Below the pieces are notes generated by a model. That model saw only the letters and a list, made by a program, of their open reading frames with translations. It was not told the origin of the DNA and did not search any database. A program made the position numbers and the translations under genes. Below, one piece after another: positions 1-8,347 of a DNA stretch of 14,411 nucleotides. The stretch covers positions 1-14,411 of the forward strand of contig CAZUFC010000177.1 of NCBI GenBank assembly GCA_964619725.1, in the 5' to 3' direction. Position 1 is the stretch's first letter. Each line of letters starts with the position of its first letter. The stretch is from an uncultured bacterium. Lineage in GTDB: Bacteria; CSSED10-310; CAZUFC01.

Positions 1-125
1 CGCAGCCTGACGCAGTATTGGGGAAAATTCGCCGTTTATGGACAAAAACGAGTTATTTAATACGCTGATTTTTTTTGCGGGTAAAAATATTAACCTTTAT
101 CCGATCAGATGTTTGAATTCTGATT

Positions 126-2609
126 TTATTTCTTCAGATGCCCGATAGCGTTTCGTTCCATTTCCTCTTTTTCATCAGGATCGATTAGAGTTTGGGGGAG
201 CGCAGTCCAGTCAAGGCTTTCACCGTCGTGGCTGACAGGCTGGGCCTGGGCGTTTAGATTCGTTTCGTTGAAAGCTACGCCGTCCATTTTTTCATTGAAA
301 TCTGCAGCCGCTATGCTGCCCGGTAATTGAGGTCGTACTTCGTACCCTTTTCGCCGGGCTACGGCTATCCAGGAGAATAGGGTGTCTGTTTTTGCATCTC
401 CGATTTCCGAAACAGTGAATCCTGAATTGTTCTGCTGATTAATATAGAGCGAGGCCGGACCGAGGGGCGTTACAGTTATGGTGAAAGGAATGTCGGGAGA
501 GGCAATTTTGAGAAATTCGGAAGCGAATTCGATGTTTGCAGCGCCTTTATTGAGTTTACCGCGACCATGGCAAATGACGTCTACGTCTGTGGCGGAGAGG
601 CTGTAGCAGGCCGTAGGTTTATCCTCTGATTTTTGTATGGCAGCGATAACGCCGGAAGTGTATGAGTCGCCATCCGCGTAAGTTGCGAAATCTTTTCCCT
701 GAGCGTACAGTCCCATTTCTTCGCCTTTGATCCAACCGCCCAGGAGGTCTCCATATGCTCCGAGACCTATTCCGGATTTTTGTCCGTCTTTTCCTGAACC
801 TGAGCCTGTAGAGGTGAAGTATCCGCCGTACCAGTTTCCTGCGGAATTTTTATAGCCGAGAGAACCCCAATAAGAACCATTGTAATGTCCGCCCATAGTC
901 CCGCCTGTTCTGGTATAATCTCCCCATGTGTGACCGGCGACGCCGAAAGCATAGAGATTTCCGTAAAGCGCAAAACCTCTGACGCCGGAACGAACGCCGT
1001 AACGATCATAACTTGCTCCATCTGCCGAACCGCCCCTGTATCCATAAACTGTGCCGTACTGTTCAGGTCCGCCGTAACCATAAACCGCGGCTGTACAGGA
1101 ATACCCGGAGGAATATATACCGTATCCGGTAGTAGCGGAGTTATACGCGTAAACTGCAGTAGAAGCTTCGCCGGCGGTTTTGGAATATATCCCGCGAGCA
1201 CTAGTCCCGTCGTTGGATGAATATACTCCAACGGCCCCGTTATATTCGGTGCGGGCATACACTGCAGTGCCGCTCCAGGTGGATGCGTAAATGCCGGTAT
1301 TATCGGCATAGGATTCCACACCGGTGCCTCCGGAAAAACTTCCCGCTGTTCCTGCAGTGCAGTTGCACCATATAGACGCGCCGTTCCCCCAGTTTTCAAA
1401 ATAAAAACCATATGAGGAAGTATCGCATACAAGCGATCCGCCGCAGCTCATCCCGGCTCCCGCCGGTCCGCTTGGTCCCCGGCTTCCCGTAGCGCCGGCG
1501 GGTCCTGTGGGTCCTGTGGGTCCTGACGGTCCCTGACTTCCGTTCGCTCCAGCGGGTCCGCTTGGCCCCCGGCTTCCCATAGCGCCGGTCGGACCTGTGG
1601 GTCCCGTCGGTCCCTGGCTTCCGTTCGCTCCAGCGGGTCCGCTTGGCCCCCGGCTTCCCGTAGCGCCGGTCGGACCTGACGGTCCCTGGCTTCCGTCTGC
1701 TCCAACGGGTCCGCTTGGTCCCCGGCTTCCCGTAGCGCCGGTCGGTCCTGTGGGTCCCGTCGGTCCCTGGCTTCCGTCTGCTCCCGCCGGTCCGGTCGCT
1801 CCCGTCGGCCCTGTGGGTCCAGGAGAACCTTGTGGACCTGCGGCGCCCTGTTCTCCCTGAGGACCCTGTTCGCCTTCCGGACCTGTGGGACCTGTTGGCC
1901 CCAGAGGACCTTGTTGTCCTGTCGGGCCTTGTGGTCCTGTAGCGCCTTGTTCGCCCTGAGGGCCCTGTTCGCCTTGCGGTCCGGCGGGTCCTTGTTGCCC
2001 TGTCGGGCCTTGAGGCCCTGTGGCTCCCTGTTCGCCGGTCGGACCTGTCGGACCCACAGGACCTTCCTGGCCGGACGGTCCCTGCGGTCCCGTCGGTCCG
2101 GTCGGACCCTGGGAACCGGTGATGGGTTCGCCGATCCAATTGCCTGAAGAATCGATCACCATGCCGTATCCTTCAATGGTGACGGATGAAGGATGAATGT
2201 CCCGGCCCGGCACGTCCAGAGCTTTGCCTGAAACTATTGAACTGCTTACGCTTCTGATTAACTGACGAGGCAGCAGGATTTCCTCGCTGCCGTCCGGACC
2301 GATTTCAATCTGGAGATAATAATCATCATTAAAATCGACACCTGTAGCAGCAAATAGATTAACTGCGCCCAAGACCGTATCAAAATATCCGTCAGTGACG
2401 GTTATCGCCGCATGCTCCTCATTCCAGAGCTCAACGCCTAATGAAGGATCATCCCAGATAGAAAAAACGAACCTGTAATCCCCGTTCAGCGGTTCGTCCG
2501 TCACCGCATTAAGCAAATGACCCTGGTAATTGATCGTTTCAGGAACTTCCGCTACTGCCCATGATGCTGCAAACACCAGCAAAATAATCATTAAACCCGT
2601 TATTTTCAT
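126..2609 (-). CDS. Secreted collagen-like, tail-fibre-like surface protein (signal peptide, N-terminal domain, collagen triple helix, Gly/Tyr-rich beta repeats, C-terminal domain)
   Basis: 827-aa ORF with RBS GGAGGAGGGAG just upstream. Sec-type signal [21 protein letters not shown]-terminal [11 protein letters not shown]...FSIWD...LWNEEH...GYFDTVLG motif. Gly-X-Y run at aa 165-386, then repeated G(I/V)Y(A/S/G) strands and a C-terminal ...ITVTPLG...LYI...GFTV...[13 protein letters not shown] domain. Confidence 0.9.
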   Translation of the reverse strand: MKITGLMIILLVFAASWAVAEVPETINYQGHLLNAVTDEPLNGDYRFVFSIWDDPSLGVELWNEEHAAITVTDGYFDTVLGAVNLFAATGVDFNDDYYLQIEIGPDGSEEILLPRQLIRSVSSSIVSGKALDVPGRDIHPSSVTIEGYGMVIDSSGNWIGEPITGSQGPTGPTGPQGPSGQEGPVGPTGPTGEQGATGPQGPTGQQGPAGPQGEQGPQGEQGATGPQGPTGQQGPLGPTGPTGPEGEQGPQGEQGAAGPQGSPGPTGPTGATGPAGADGSQGPTGPTGPTGATGSRGPSGPVGADGSQGPSGPTGATGSRGPSGPAGANGSQGPTGPTGPTGAMGSRGPSGPAGANGSQGPSGPTGPTGPAGATGSRGPSGPAGAGMSCGGSLVCDTSSYGFYFENWGNGASIWCNCTAGTAGSFSGGTGVESYADNTGIYASTWSGTAVYARTEYNGAVGVYSSNDGTSARGIYSKTAGEASTAVYAYNSATTGYGIYSSGYSCTAAVYGYGGPEQYGTVYGYRGGSADGASYDRYGVRSGVRGFALYGNLYAFGVAGHTWGDYTRTGGTMGGHYNGSYWGSLGYKNSAGNWYGGYFTSTGSGSGKDGQKSGIGLGAYGDLLGGWIKGEEMGLYAQGKDFATYADGDSYTSGVIAAIQKSEDKPTACYSLSATDVDVICHGRGKLNKGAANIEFASEFLKIASPDIPFTITVTPLGPASLYINQQNNSGFTVSEIGDAKTDTLFSWIAVARRKGYEVRPQLPGSIAAADFNEKMDGVAFNETNLNAQAQPVSHDGESLDWTALPQTLIDPDEKEEMERNAIGHLKK
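1452..2117 (-). repeat. Collagen Gly-X-Y coding repeat, 74 uninterrupted triplets, with higher-order DNA tandem units
   Basis: Protein aa 165-386 has Gly at every third residue ([21 protein letters not shown]). The near-identical DNA block ggtccgcttggyccccggcttccc starts at 1465, 1555, 1636 and 1708. Confidence 0.95.
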
Positions 2610-2732
2610 AAGTCTCCCTCCTCCTGGGAATTTTTATTACGTGAGTATATCTCAATGAAAATTTTCAACCGTTAAAATCGTTTCTCTCCTTCGACGAATT
2701 AATGTTAACGGCAACCTTTTAAATTCGATTTC

Positions 2733-2760
2733 AGTATAGTGATTTTTGAGGAACTGTCAA
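2733..2760 (-). promoter_or_regulatory. Putative sigma70 promoter for the collagen-like gene
   Basis: Minus strand reads TTGACA (2760-2755), 16-nt spacer, TATACT (2738-2733); near consensus. Confidence 0.7.
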
Positions 2761-2799
2761 ATGAAAAAAATGAATAAATTAAGGATAAAAAATGCAGAT

Positions 2800-2828
2800 T
2801 TGACTTTGCCTTCCCGATTGCGTAGAAA
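2800..2828 (+). promoter_or_regulatory. Possible weaker sigma70 promoter for the PKD/IgGFc-binding-like gene
   Basis: TTGACT (2800-2805), 17-nt spacer, TAGAAA (2823-2828). The -10 box lacks the conserved final T. Confidence 0.35.
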
Positions 2829-2868
2829 AAGGTAATAGCGGTTTTTTGGTAACTCTGAGGAGGGAGAA

Positions 2869-4518
2869 ATGAAACAGTACGGAATCAAGTATATTGGTTT
2901 GATTATGTTCCTGTTGTGCGCTGTTACGCCTCGACCGGCCGTCAGCGAAGAGCTTATTGCTTATACAATGACGCAGTTACGAATTTTCGCCGTGGAGGAT
3001 GATACGGATGTAACCGTAACAAATCTGGCCAACGGGTCGGTCTATGCTTCTTTTACGCTTGCCGCCGAATCGGACGACTGGAGTCAGAATTCAGGCGTTC
3101 CCAATTACGTATCGATCAGCAGCGACAAAAAGGTTATCGTCTTTACGGGCAAGGCGTTGCCGGACCGGAACGATTGGGGAGCGCTTATCATGAGCGATAA
3201 CGGTACGAAGCTGGGTGATGAATTTCACGGTTTCACCGAGTATCATTTATGGATATTCGCTTCGCGTGAATCATCCTATCCTCCGACAGAAATCGAAATT
3301 GTCGACGTCAGCGACGGGGACGATTCGACGACATTGACGGCGGCCGATGCCGATTTATCAAACACGGATGTTGAATGCTACCATCTGACGGGATTTGAAT
3401 ACGACACGCTTCATATCACGTCGAACATTCCCATATCCGTTTTAGCCGGCAGTTCGATGATTCATCAGAGCAACGGTTGGGCCTACATATCGCCGTCCGT
3501 GGCTTTAGGCGAAGATGGTTCTGAGCTGGGGACGCATTTTTTCGGCTACACGACGGATAAGCTGTCGGTATATGCCTTTGAAGACGGTACTAACGTAACC
3601 ATAACCGATCTTTCTGACGGCGATGACTCGAAGAACCTGCTTTTAGATTCCAATTCGATCTATTCGGTGGAGAATCCCGCGGCTATACGCCCCGGCGTGG
3701 ATTGGCAGAGCAACTCCGGTAATTGGTTTGATGCCGACTATTTCGAGGTTGAATCGGACAAACCGGTCCTGGCTTACGTAGGACCCACTTATGATCCCGG
3801 GGGACAATTCGTGCTGGATTTCGCGCCGGCCGTGCCGACAGGGCCTGAGTCCATTCAGATGATAACATATGCAAACAGGAGCGGCGTGGAATTGTTGACT
3901 TTCGATGCGACTACCAACGTAACCATTACTTCGCTATCCTCTTCAGGGACTTTTCACGATTACACCATCGCACCGAACGACTGGAACGGCGTAGGACCGT
4001 TCTATTGGGAAGCGCCTCTGGATTTCAACCAGGAGATGCTGCGCATTCAGGCCGACAAGCCCATCTCTGTTTTTTACGGCGATTTTTATCCGGGATGGTT
4101 CACTGCATGTTGCAGCGCTTCATTCCTGCCGGTCCTTCCTGAAGACCCGACGCTTGATCCTGTAGCGAACGCGGGTCCCGATCAGGATGTTTATCTTGAT
4201 GAAACGGTATCCTTCTCCGGCACGGGATTCGATCCGGACGGCGGCGACATTGTTTTATACGAATGGGATTTCGATGGAGACGGGACGTATGATTGGAGCT
4301 CGACCGAACACGGATCAACGACTCATTTGTATGAAGACCCTGACCTCTATAATGCGGTATTAAGGGTAACCGACGACGAAGATGAAACGGATACGGATAT
4401 TTGCGAAATAAACGTCACGATCCGGCCGCCTATACCCGCATTCGGACCTGCAGGAGTGGTATTGCTTCTCGGTATCCTGGGCGGGCTGTTGTGCTTAAAA
4501 CAAAAGAGAAAAATCTAA
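2869..4518 (+). CDS. Secreted, membrane-anchored surface protein with IgGFc-binding-like repeats, a PKD domain and an IPTL-CTERM-like sorting signal
   Basis: 549 aa; RBS GAGGAGGGAG; N-terminal signal peptide. Four ~95-110-aa repeats of the form I.A.EDxTxVT(I/V)...(I/V)xSDKP(I/V)xVxxG. PKD domain PVANAGPDQ...YEWDFDGDG...HLY...AVLRVTD at about 4159-4422. C-terminal IPAFGPAG, then a hydrophobic helix, then KQKRK. Confidence 0.85.
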   Translation: MKQYGIKYIGLIMFLLCAVTPRPAVSEELIAYTMTQLRIFAVEDDTDVTVTNLANGSVYASFTLAAESDDWSQNSGVPNYVSISSDKKVIVFTGKALPDRNDWGALIMSDNGTKLGDEFHGFTEYHLWIFASRESSYPPTEIEIVDVSDGDDSTTLTAADADLSNTDVECYHLTGFEYDTLHITSNIPISVLAGSSMIHQSNGWAYISPSVALGEDGSELGTHFFGYTTDKLSVYAFEDGTNVTITDLSDGDDSKNLLLDSNSIYSVENPAAIRPGVDWQSNSGNWFDADYFEVESDKPVLAYVGPTYDPGGQFVLDFAPAVPTGPESIQMITYANRSGVELLTFDATTNVTITSLSSSGTFHDYTIAPNDWNGVGPFYWEAPLDFNQEMLRIQADKPISVFYGDFYPGWFTACCSASFLPVLPEDPTLDPVANAGPDQDVYLDETVSFSGTGFDPDGGDIVLYEWDFDGDGTYDWSSTEHGSTTHLYEDPDLYNAVLRVTDDEDETDTDICEINVTIRPPIPAFGPAGVVLLLGILGGLLCLKQKRKI

Positions 4519-4537
4519 CCGAAAATTATCGCTGTAT

Positions 4538-4572
4538 AACTTTGTTCCGGTGTGTCGGAAAAGTTTTTATTT
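4538..4572. terminator. Probable intrinsic terminator between convergent genes
   Basis: Stem TTCCGG-tgtg-TCGGAA (4545-4560), extendable by AACTT/AAGTT and followed by a T-rich tract. Lies between the stops at 4518 (+) and 4598 (-). Confidence 0.5.
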
Positions 4573-4597
4573 CTGAAGCTGATCAATTTGTTCAGGC

Positions 4598-5164
4598 TTA
4601 CTTTGTAAAATTCAGAACGCAGCCGTAATTGAGGAAATCGTCATGGCTGATTGTTCCGCAATGTTTTCGACTGAATTTTAATCCGGCATTTTCGATTTCC
4701 GCCTTGACGTCATCCAGACTCATGCTTCCGAATTCATCCATAGGGTGATCCTCCTGTACATGCTTAGGGTAAACGGATAGGATTCCCGAATTTTTCAACA
4801 ATCTAAAAGCTTCCGAGTAGAGTTCTGTTCTCTCTTCAGGGCTGAGGTAATGAAGAACATCATACAATAAAATCACGTCCATTGATCCGGTTATTAATTC
4901 CAGTGAAATTCTCCCATCGGTTCGGAGCGTTTTTATATTCTGCAGATTCAAATGTTTCGCTTTTCGATTTAATTCTTCCAGAGAATCCTGTTGTTTATCT
5001 ACCGCATAGATCAAACCGGATTCGCCCACCGCCAAAGCTGCGGGAATGCTGTAATGTCCGACGCGGGCGCCGAAATCCATAACCGTGCAGCCTTTTTTTA
5101 CCCCAATTTTTTTCAGGAAAGTTATTCCATCGTCATTTTCCCATTTTTCCATATCTTTTTTCAT
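4598..5164 (-). CDS. Class I SAM-dependent methyltransferase
   Basis: 188 aa. Motif I VMDFGARVGHY, post-I IYAVD, motif II SMDVILLYDVLHY, motif III FRLLKNSGIL. Confidence 0.88.
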   Translation of the reverse strand: MKKDMEKWENDDGITFLKKIGVKKGCTVMDFGARVGHYSIPAALAVGESGLIYAVDKQQDSLEELNRKAKHLNLQNIKTLRTDGRISLELITGSMDVILLYDVLHYLSPEERTELYSEAFRLLKNSGILSVYPKHVQEDHPMDEFGSMSLDDVKAEIENAGLKFSRKHCGTISHDDFLNYGCVLNFTK

Positions 5165-5185
5165 TTTCAGACGCTTATGATCCTC

Positions 5186-6139
5186 TTAGTCAGTCAGTCC
5201 TGGTGCGGACAGTTTTCTGGCATAGAATGTTTTATCCTGGAATTGTTTCTTGACCATCAATCCTTTCTCCAGCAGTGAATTCACTGCGGACCAGTCTGTT
5301 TTAGATGCTTTTAAAAATTCGGAGACAGCATCTTCACGCATGGGATGCACCGCCGTAATGCTGAGCAGGTCATTTTGAACATCGCCGGTGAAGGCAAACG
5401 CGTTTCCTTCGTATCCAATCAAATATTCGACTTTGATGTTATCCAGGGTCAGAATCTGATAGGCCTGTATGAGCATTTCTTCGTCGGGCGGAAGGGCCCA
5501 TTTTTCTGCGGGCGGTCTAGTGGGAATGGAAAGATAGGACGTGTGGGCCGGAAGTTTTTTGAGGAATTTCGACAAATCACCAATTTGTTTTTCATCATCG
5601 TTTAAATTTTGAACCAGCATTGTTTCAGTTACCAGTTCGCCCCTGAACGATTGTGAAAAGTCCAGTATTCCCTCCAGTATTTTTTGAAGTTCCAATGATC
5701 TGTGCGGACGATTAACCCGACGCCAGGTATCTTTCTGAACTGAATCGATTTTCACTGAAACCCAGTCCGCTTTTTTCAAATATTCCTTGACCTGATCGTC
5801 CCATATAAGGGAACTGTTTGTGATCACGGCTATTTTGACGCCGTAATTTTTCAGCAGTTCGATTTCCTTTCCTAGATTGATGTCCAGCGTCGGTTCTCCA
5901 TCGGGTACGAATGTAAGATAATCAATGGGTTCTTCGGACTTCTCAAGTGCGTTTATTTTTTCCCTTACGCTTTTGTCTATTTCTTCAGGTTCATAAAAAC
6001 TACGGAATTCGGCCTCCATTTTTTTCGTTCTTCCCAACTGACAGTAGACGCAGGAATAAGTGCAGGCTTTAGGCGGAATATTATTAATTCCCAGACTTCT
6101 CCCCAGGCGTCTTGATGGAACGGGTCCAAAAGCTATCAT
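5186..6139 (-). CDS. Radical SAM protein (COG0731-like Fe-S oxidoreductase, distantly TYW1-like)
   Basis: 317 aa; RBS AAGGAG. N-terminal FGPVPSRRLGRSLGIN, CxxxCxxC (CTYSCVYC), and DGEPTL and VITNSSL motifs. Confidence 0.92.
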   Translation of the reverse strand: MIAFGPVPSRRLGRSLGINNIPPKACTYSCVYCQLGRTKKMEAEFRSFYEPEEIDKSVREKINALEKSEEPIDYLTFVPDGEPTLDINLGKEIELLKNYGVKIAVITNSSLIWDDQVKEYLKKADWVSVKIDSVQKDTWRRVNRPHRSLELQKILEGILDFSQSFRGELVTETMLVQNLNDDEKQIGDLSKFLKKLPAHTSYLSIPTRPPAEKWALPPDEEMLIQAYQILTLDNIKVEYLIGYEGNAFAFTGDVQNDLLSITAVHPMREDAVSEFLKASKTDWSAVNSLLEKGLMVKKQFQDKTFYARKLSAPGLTD

Positions 6140-6307
6140 AAGCGCTCCTTCATATGGAAAAATGTTGTTTTTTTCCGTTTTTTAAGTTTCCTCCGCTTTT
6201 CCGCATAAGGTTATCACTTTGTAAAGCATTTGATTTGTCTGAGCGGCGCATCAATTCGTTATTCGCTGATGCCATTAGCTCTTATGCAGGAAAATATGCA
6301 ACGACGA

Positions 6308-8167
6308 TCACAACAGATTGGCAACGTCAAAGCCGTCTTTTATAGCGTCCATGGCGTTTCCGATTTTCCTGGCATCGCCGATCGCATGAACGGGCAGTTG
6401 TCCTTCAAGCTTCTCTTCAAGCGGTTTGAAGCTTTTCATGCTTGTGGATACGACAATGATGTCGATATCGTCGAATTTTATTGGTTTTCCGAGTTTTTCG
6501 GCATAAACGGTACGGCCGACGATTTTTTTGATATGAGTATGATCGCTGAAAGTAGTTTCATTTTGTTTCATTATTTTAAGAGAGAGGTTTTTGGCTATCA
6601 TTTCCATATCTTCGCCGAAATCGACTGTTCGCTTAACGATGATCACTTTATTGTTTCGTGGAATCAGCGCCGTAGCGATATCCACTCCGATAAGTCCGCC
6701 GCCGATGATCAATACCTTCTTGTTGCGTGGGAGATTTTCCTCTAATAAAATATCGGCCCAGTAATATTCGTTCAAACCAGGTATGGGCGGAACTGCCGGT
6801 TCTGAACCTGTAGCCAATACGGCAGCATCGTAGTATGGAACGACGTCCTTTTCTTCTGCCTTTTTATGAATCACATTCACTTGATTAAATTCCAGTTCTT
6901 TCTCGAAGTAAGGAATCAGCTTATCCATAGACCTTTTAAAAGGGGTCAGAGGAGCATAATTAAATTGTCCTCCCAATTTATTTTTTTCAAAAAGATCGAC
7001 TTTATGGCCCCGTTTTTTTAAGGTGACGGCAGTCTGCATTCCTGCCAGACCGCCGCCGATGACAGCGTATTTTTTACTCTTTTCGGACGGCATGACGGAT
7101 TCCGTTTCTCTTCCGACTTCCGGATTGGTCAGACATTGGAGTCCCTGACCGGATTTAACTCCGCCCAGACAACCTTCCACGCAAGCCAGGCAAGGTCTTA
7201 TAGGGCCTTCCACTTCACCAAGATATTTGCCGATAAAGTCAGGATCGGCCAAAAGCGCCCTGCCTACGGCCAGGTAATCAGCCGCATACTTTCCTTTCAA
7301 TTTTTCAATGTCCTCTCGACTGTTTATGCGTCCCACGAATATTACAGGAATATTGAGTTCTTTTTTAATTTTTTCAGCCATATCCCAGGTTTTACCCTTT
7401 TCTATGAACATATGCTGAAAAAACCACGGCGGCGTCGAACAAACCGTTCCCGCCGACACATGCACTGCTTTGACGCCTTTTTTTTCCAGAATTTTAGAAA
7501 AAGCCGTCATTTCAGGCAGCTCTATTCCTCCGGGAACTTTTTCCTGGCCGCTGATTCTGACTATAACCGGCAAAGATGTCGTTTCCATGACCGCCTGAAG
7601 GATTTCAAGAGGAAACCTGATCCTGTTTTCGAAACTCCCGCCGTATTCATCGTCGCGATCATTGACGAGAGGAGAAATAAACTGGGCCGCCAGATATCCG
7701 TGACCGAACTGCAGCTCTATCATATCAAAATCGGCCCTTTCCGCTCTTCCGGCTGCATCAGAATACAATGTTGCGGTTTTCTCGATATCTTCTCTTTCCA
7801 TTCGTTTGGGCATCGCTCCCCCATTTTCACAGGCTTTGTCGGTAGAAGAATAAAAATAATTACCGGGAATTTTAGGATTAGCCATTCTTCCCGGATGATT
7901 CAGATGCGCAATGACTTTAGCGCCCGATGCATGAACCGTTTCCGTCAATTGTTTCAATCCTTCGATCTTGTCGTCATCATCGATCCCCATCTGAGTCGGC
8001 AATTCCCTTAATCCATGGTCAAGATAAAACGGTTCGGGAATTATCGCTCCCAGATATTCTGCCCTTCTTTCATAAAAAGCCAGGTGTCTTGAATTGACCA
8101 TGCCGCTGCCGTTTGTGTAACCGGTTTTTATTGGAGCAAAAATAAATGGATTCTTTAAAGTTATCAT
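6308..8167 (-). CDS. NADH:flavin oxidoreductase (Old Yellow Enzyme FMN barrel + 4Fe-4S + FAD/NAD(P) domain; FadH/BaiCD-like architecture)
   Basis: 619 aa; RBS AAGGAG. HGYLAAQFISP..NDRDDEYGGSFENRIRF, GRALLADP, Fe-S motif CLACVEGC-x11-C, and Rossmann motifs VIGGGLAG and IIGGGLIG. Confidence 0.93.
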   Translation of the reverse strand: MITLKNPFIFAPIKTGYTNGSGMVNSRHLAFYERRAEYLGAIIPEPFYLDHGLRELPTQMGIDDDDKIEGLKQLTETVHASGAKVIAHLNHPGRMANPKIPGNYFYSSTDKACENGGAMPKRMEREDIEKTATLYSDAAGRAERADFDMIELQFGHGYLAAQFISPLVNDRDDEYGGSFENRIRFPLEILQAVMETTSLPVIVRISGQEKVPGGIELPEMTAFSKILEKKGVKAVHVSAGTVCSTPPWFFQHMFIEKGKTWDMAEKIKKELNIPVIFVGRINSREDIEKLKGKYAADYLAVGRALLADPDFIGKYLGEVEGPIRPCLACVEGCLGGVKSGQGLQCLTNPEVGRETESVMPSEKSKKYAVIGGGLAGMQTAVTLKKRGHKVDLFEKNKLGGQFNYAPLTPFKRSMDKLIPYFEKELEFNQVNVIHKKAEEKDVVPYYDAAVLATGSEPAVPPIPGLNEYYWADILLEENLPRNKKVLIIGGGLIGVDIATALIPRNNKVIIVKRTVDFGEDMEMIAKNLSLKIMKQNETTFSDHTHIKKIVGRTVYAEKLGKPIKFDDIDIIVVSTSMKSFKPLEEKLEGQLPVHAIGDARKIGNAMDAIKDGFDVANLL

Positions 8168-8318
8168 TTTTTTTCTCCTTTTTTATGATTAAAATCGTTC
8201 CAGAAAATTCACAACAACTCGTAAGAAAAGAAAATTCTTTTTCATTAATTTTTGCGTACTCATAAAGAGTACACATGTGAATAATAATTCAACACCCTCC
8301 ATCGCATTATCTATTATT

Positions 8319-8347
8319 AAAGTAACAGTGAAGTCGGAAAAAGTCAA
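8319..8347 (-). promoter_or_regulatory. Putative sigma70 promoter for the oxidoreductase cluster
   Basis: Minus strand reads TTGACT (8347-8342), 17 nt, TACTTT (8324-8319), with an extended -10 TGn. Confidence 0.55.

Noticed and set aside
1460..1795. CRISPR-like or DGR-like repeat array
   Set aside because: The repeats are in-frame collagen coding units without unique spacers; no cas or reverse transcriptase gene and no adenine-specific TR/VR pair seen.
767..2147. Alternative-frame and antisense ORFs over the collagen gene (767-1432, 885-1220, 1396-2139, 1448-1705, 1597-1860, 1830-2147), including an antisense GPV-repeat peptide
   Set aside because: By-products of a GC-rich, stop-poor 9-nt periodic repeat; antisense of Gly-Pro codons naturally reads Gly-Pro.
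5172..6144. 10-bp inverted repeat CGCTTATGAT (5172-5181) / ATCATAAGCG (6135-6144) flanking the radical SAM gene
   Set aside because: Many 10-bp inverted matches are expected by chance in 14 kb; no target-site duplication or recombinase, and the gene is an ordinary enzyme.
8070..8276. 68-aa ORF MCTLYEYAK... as a possible leader peptide
   Set aside because: The nearest GGAGG is about 19 nt from the ATG, the ORF overlaps the oxidoreductase out of frame, and there is no motif support.
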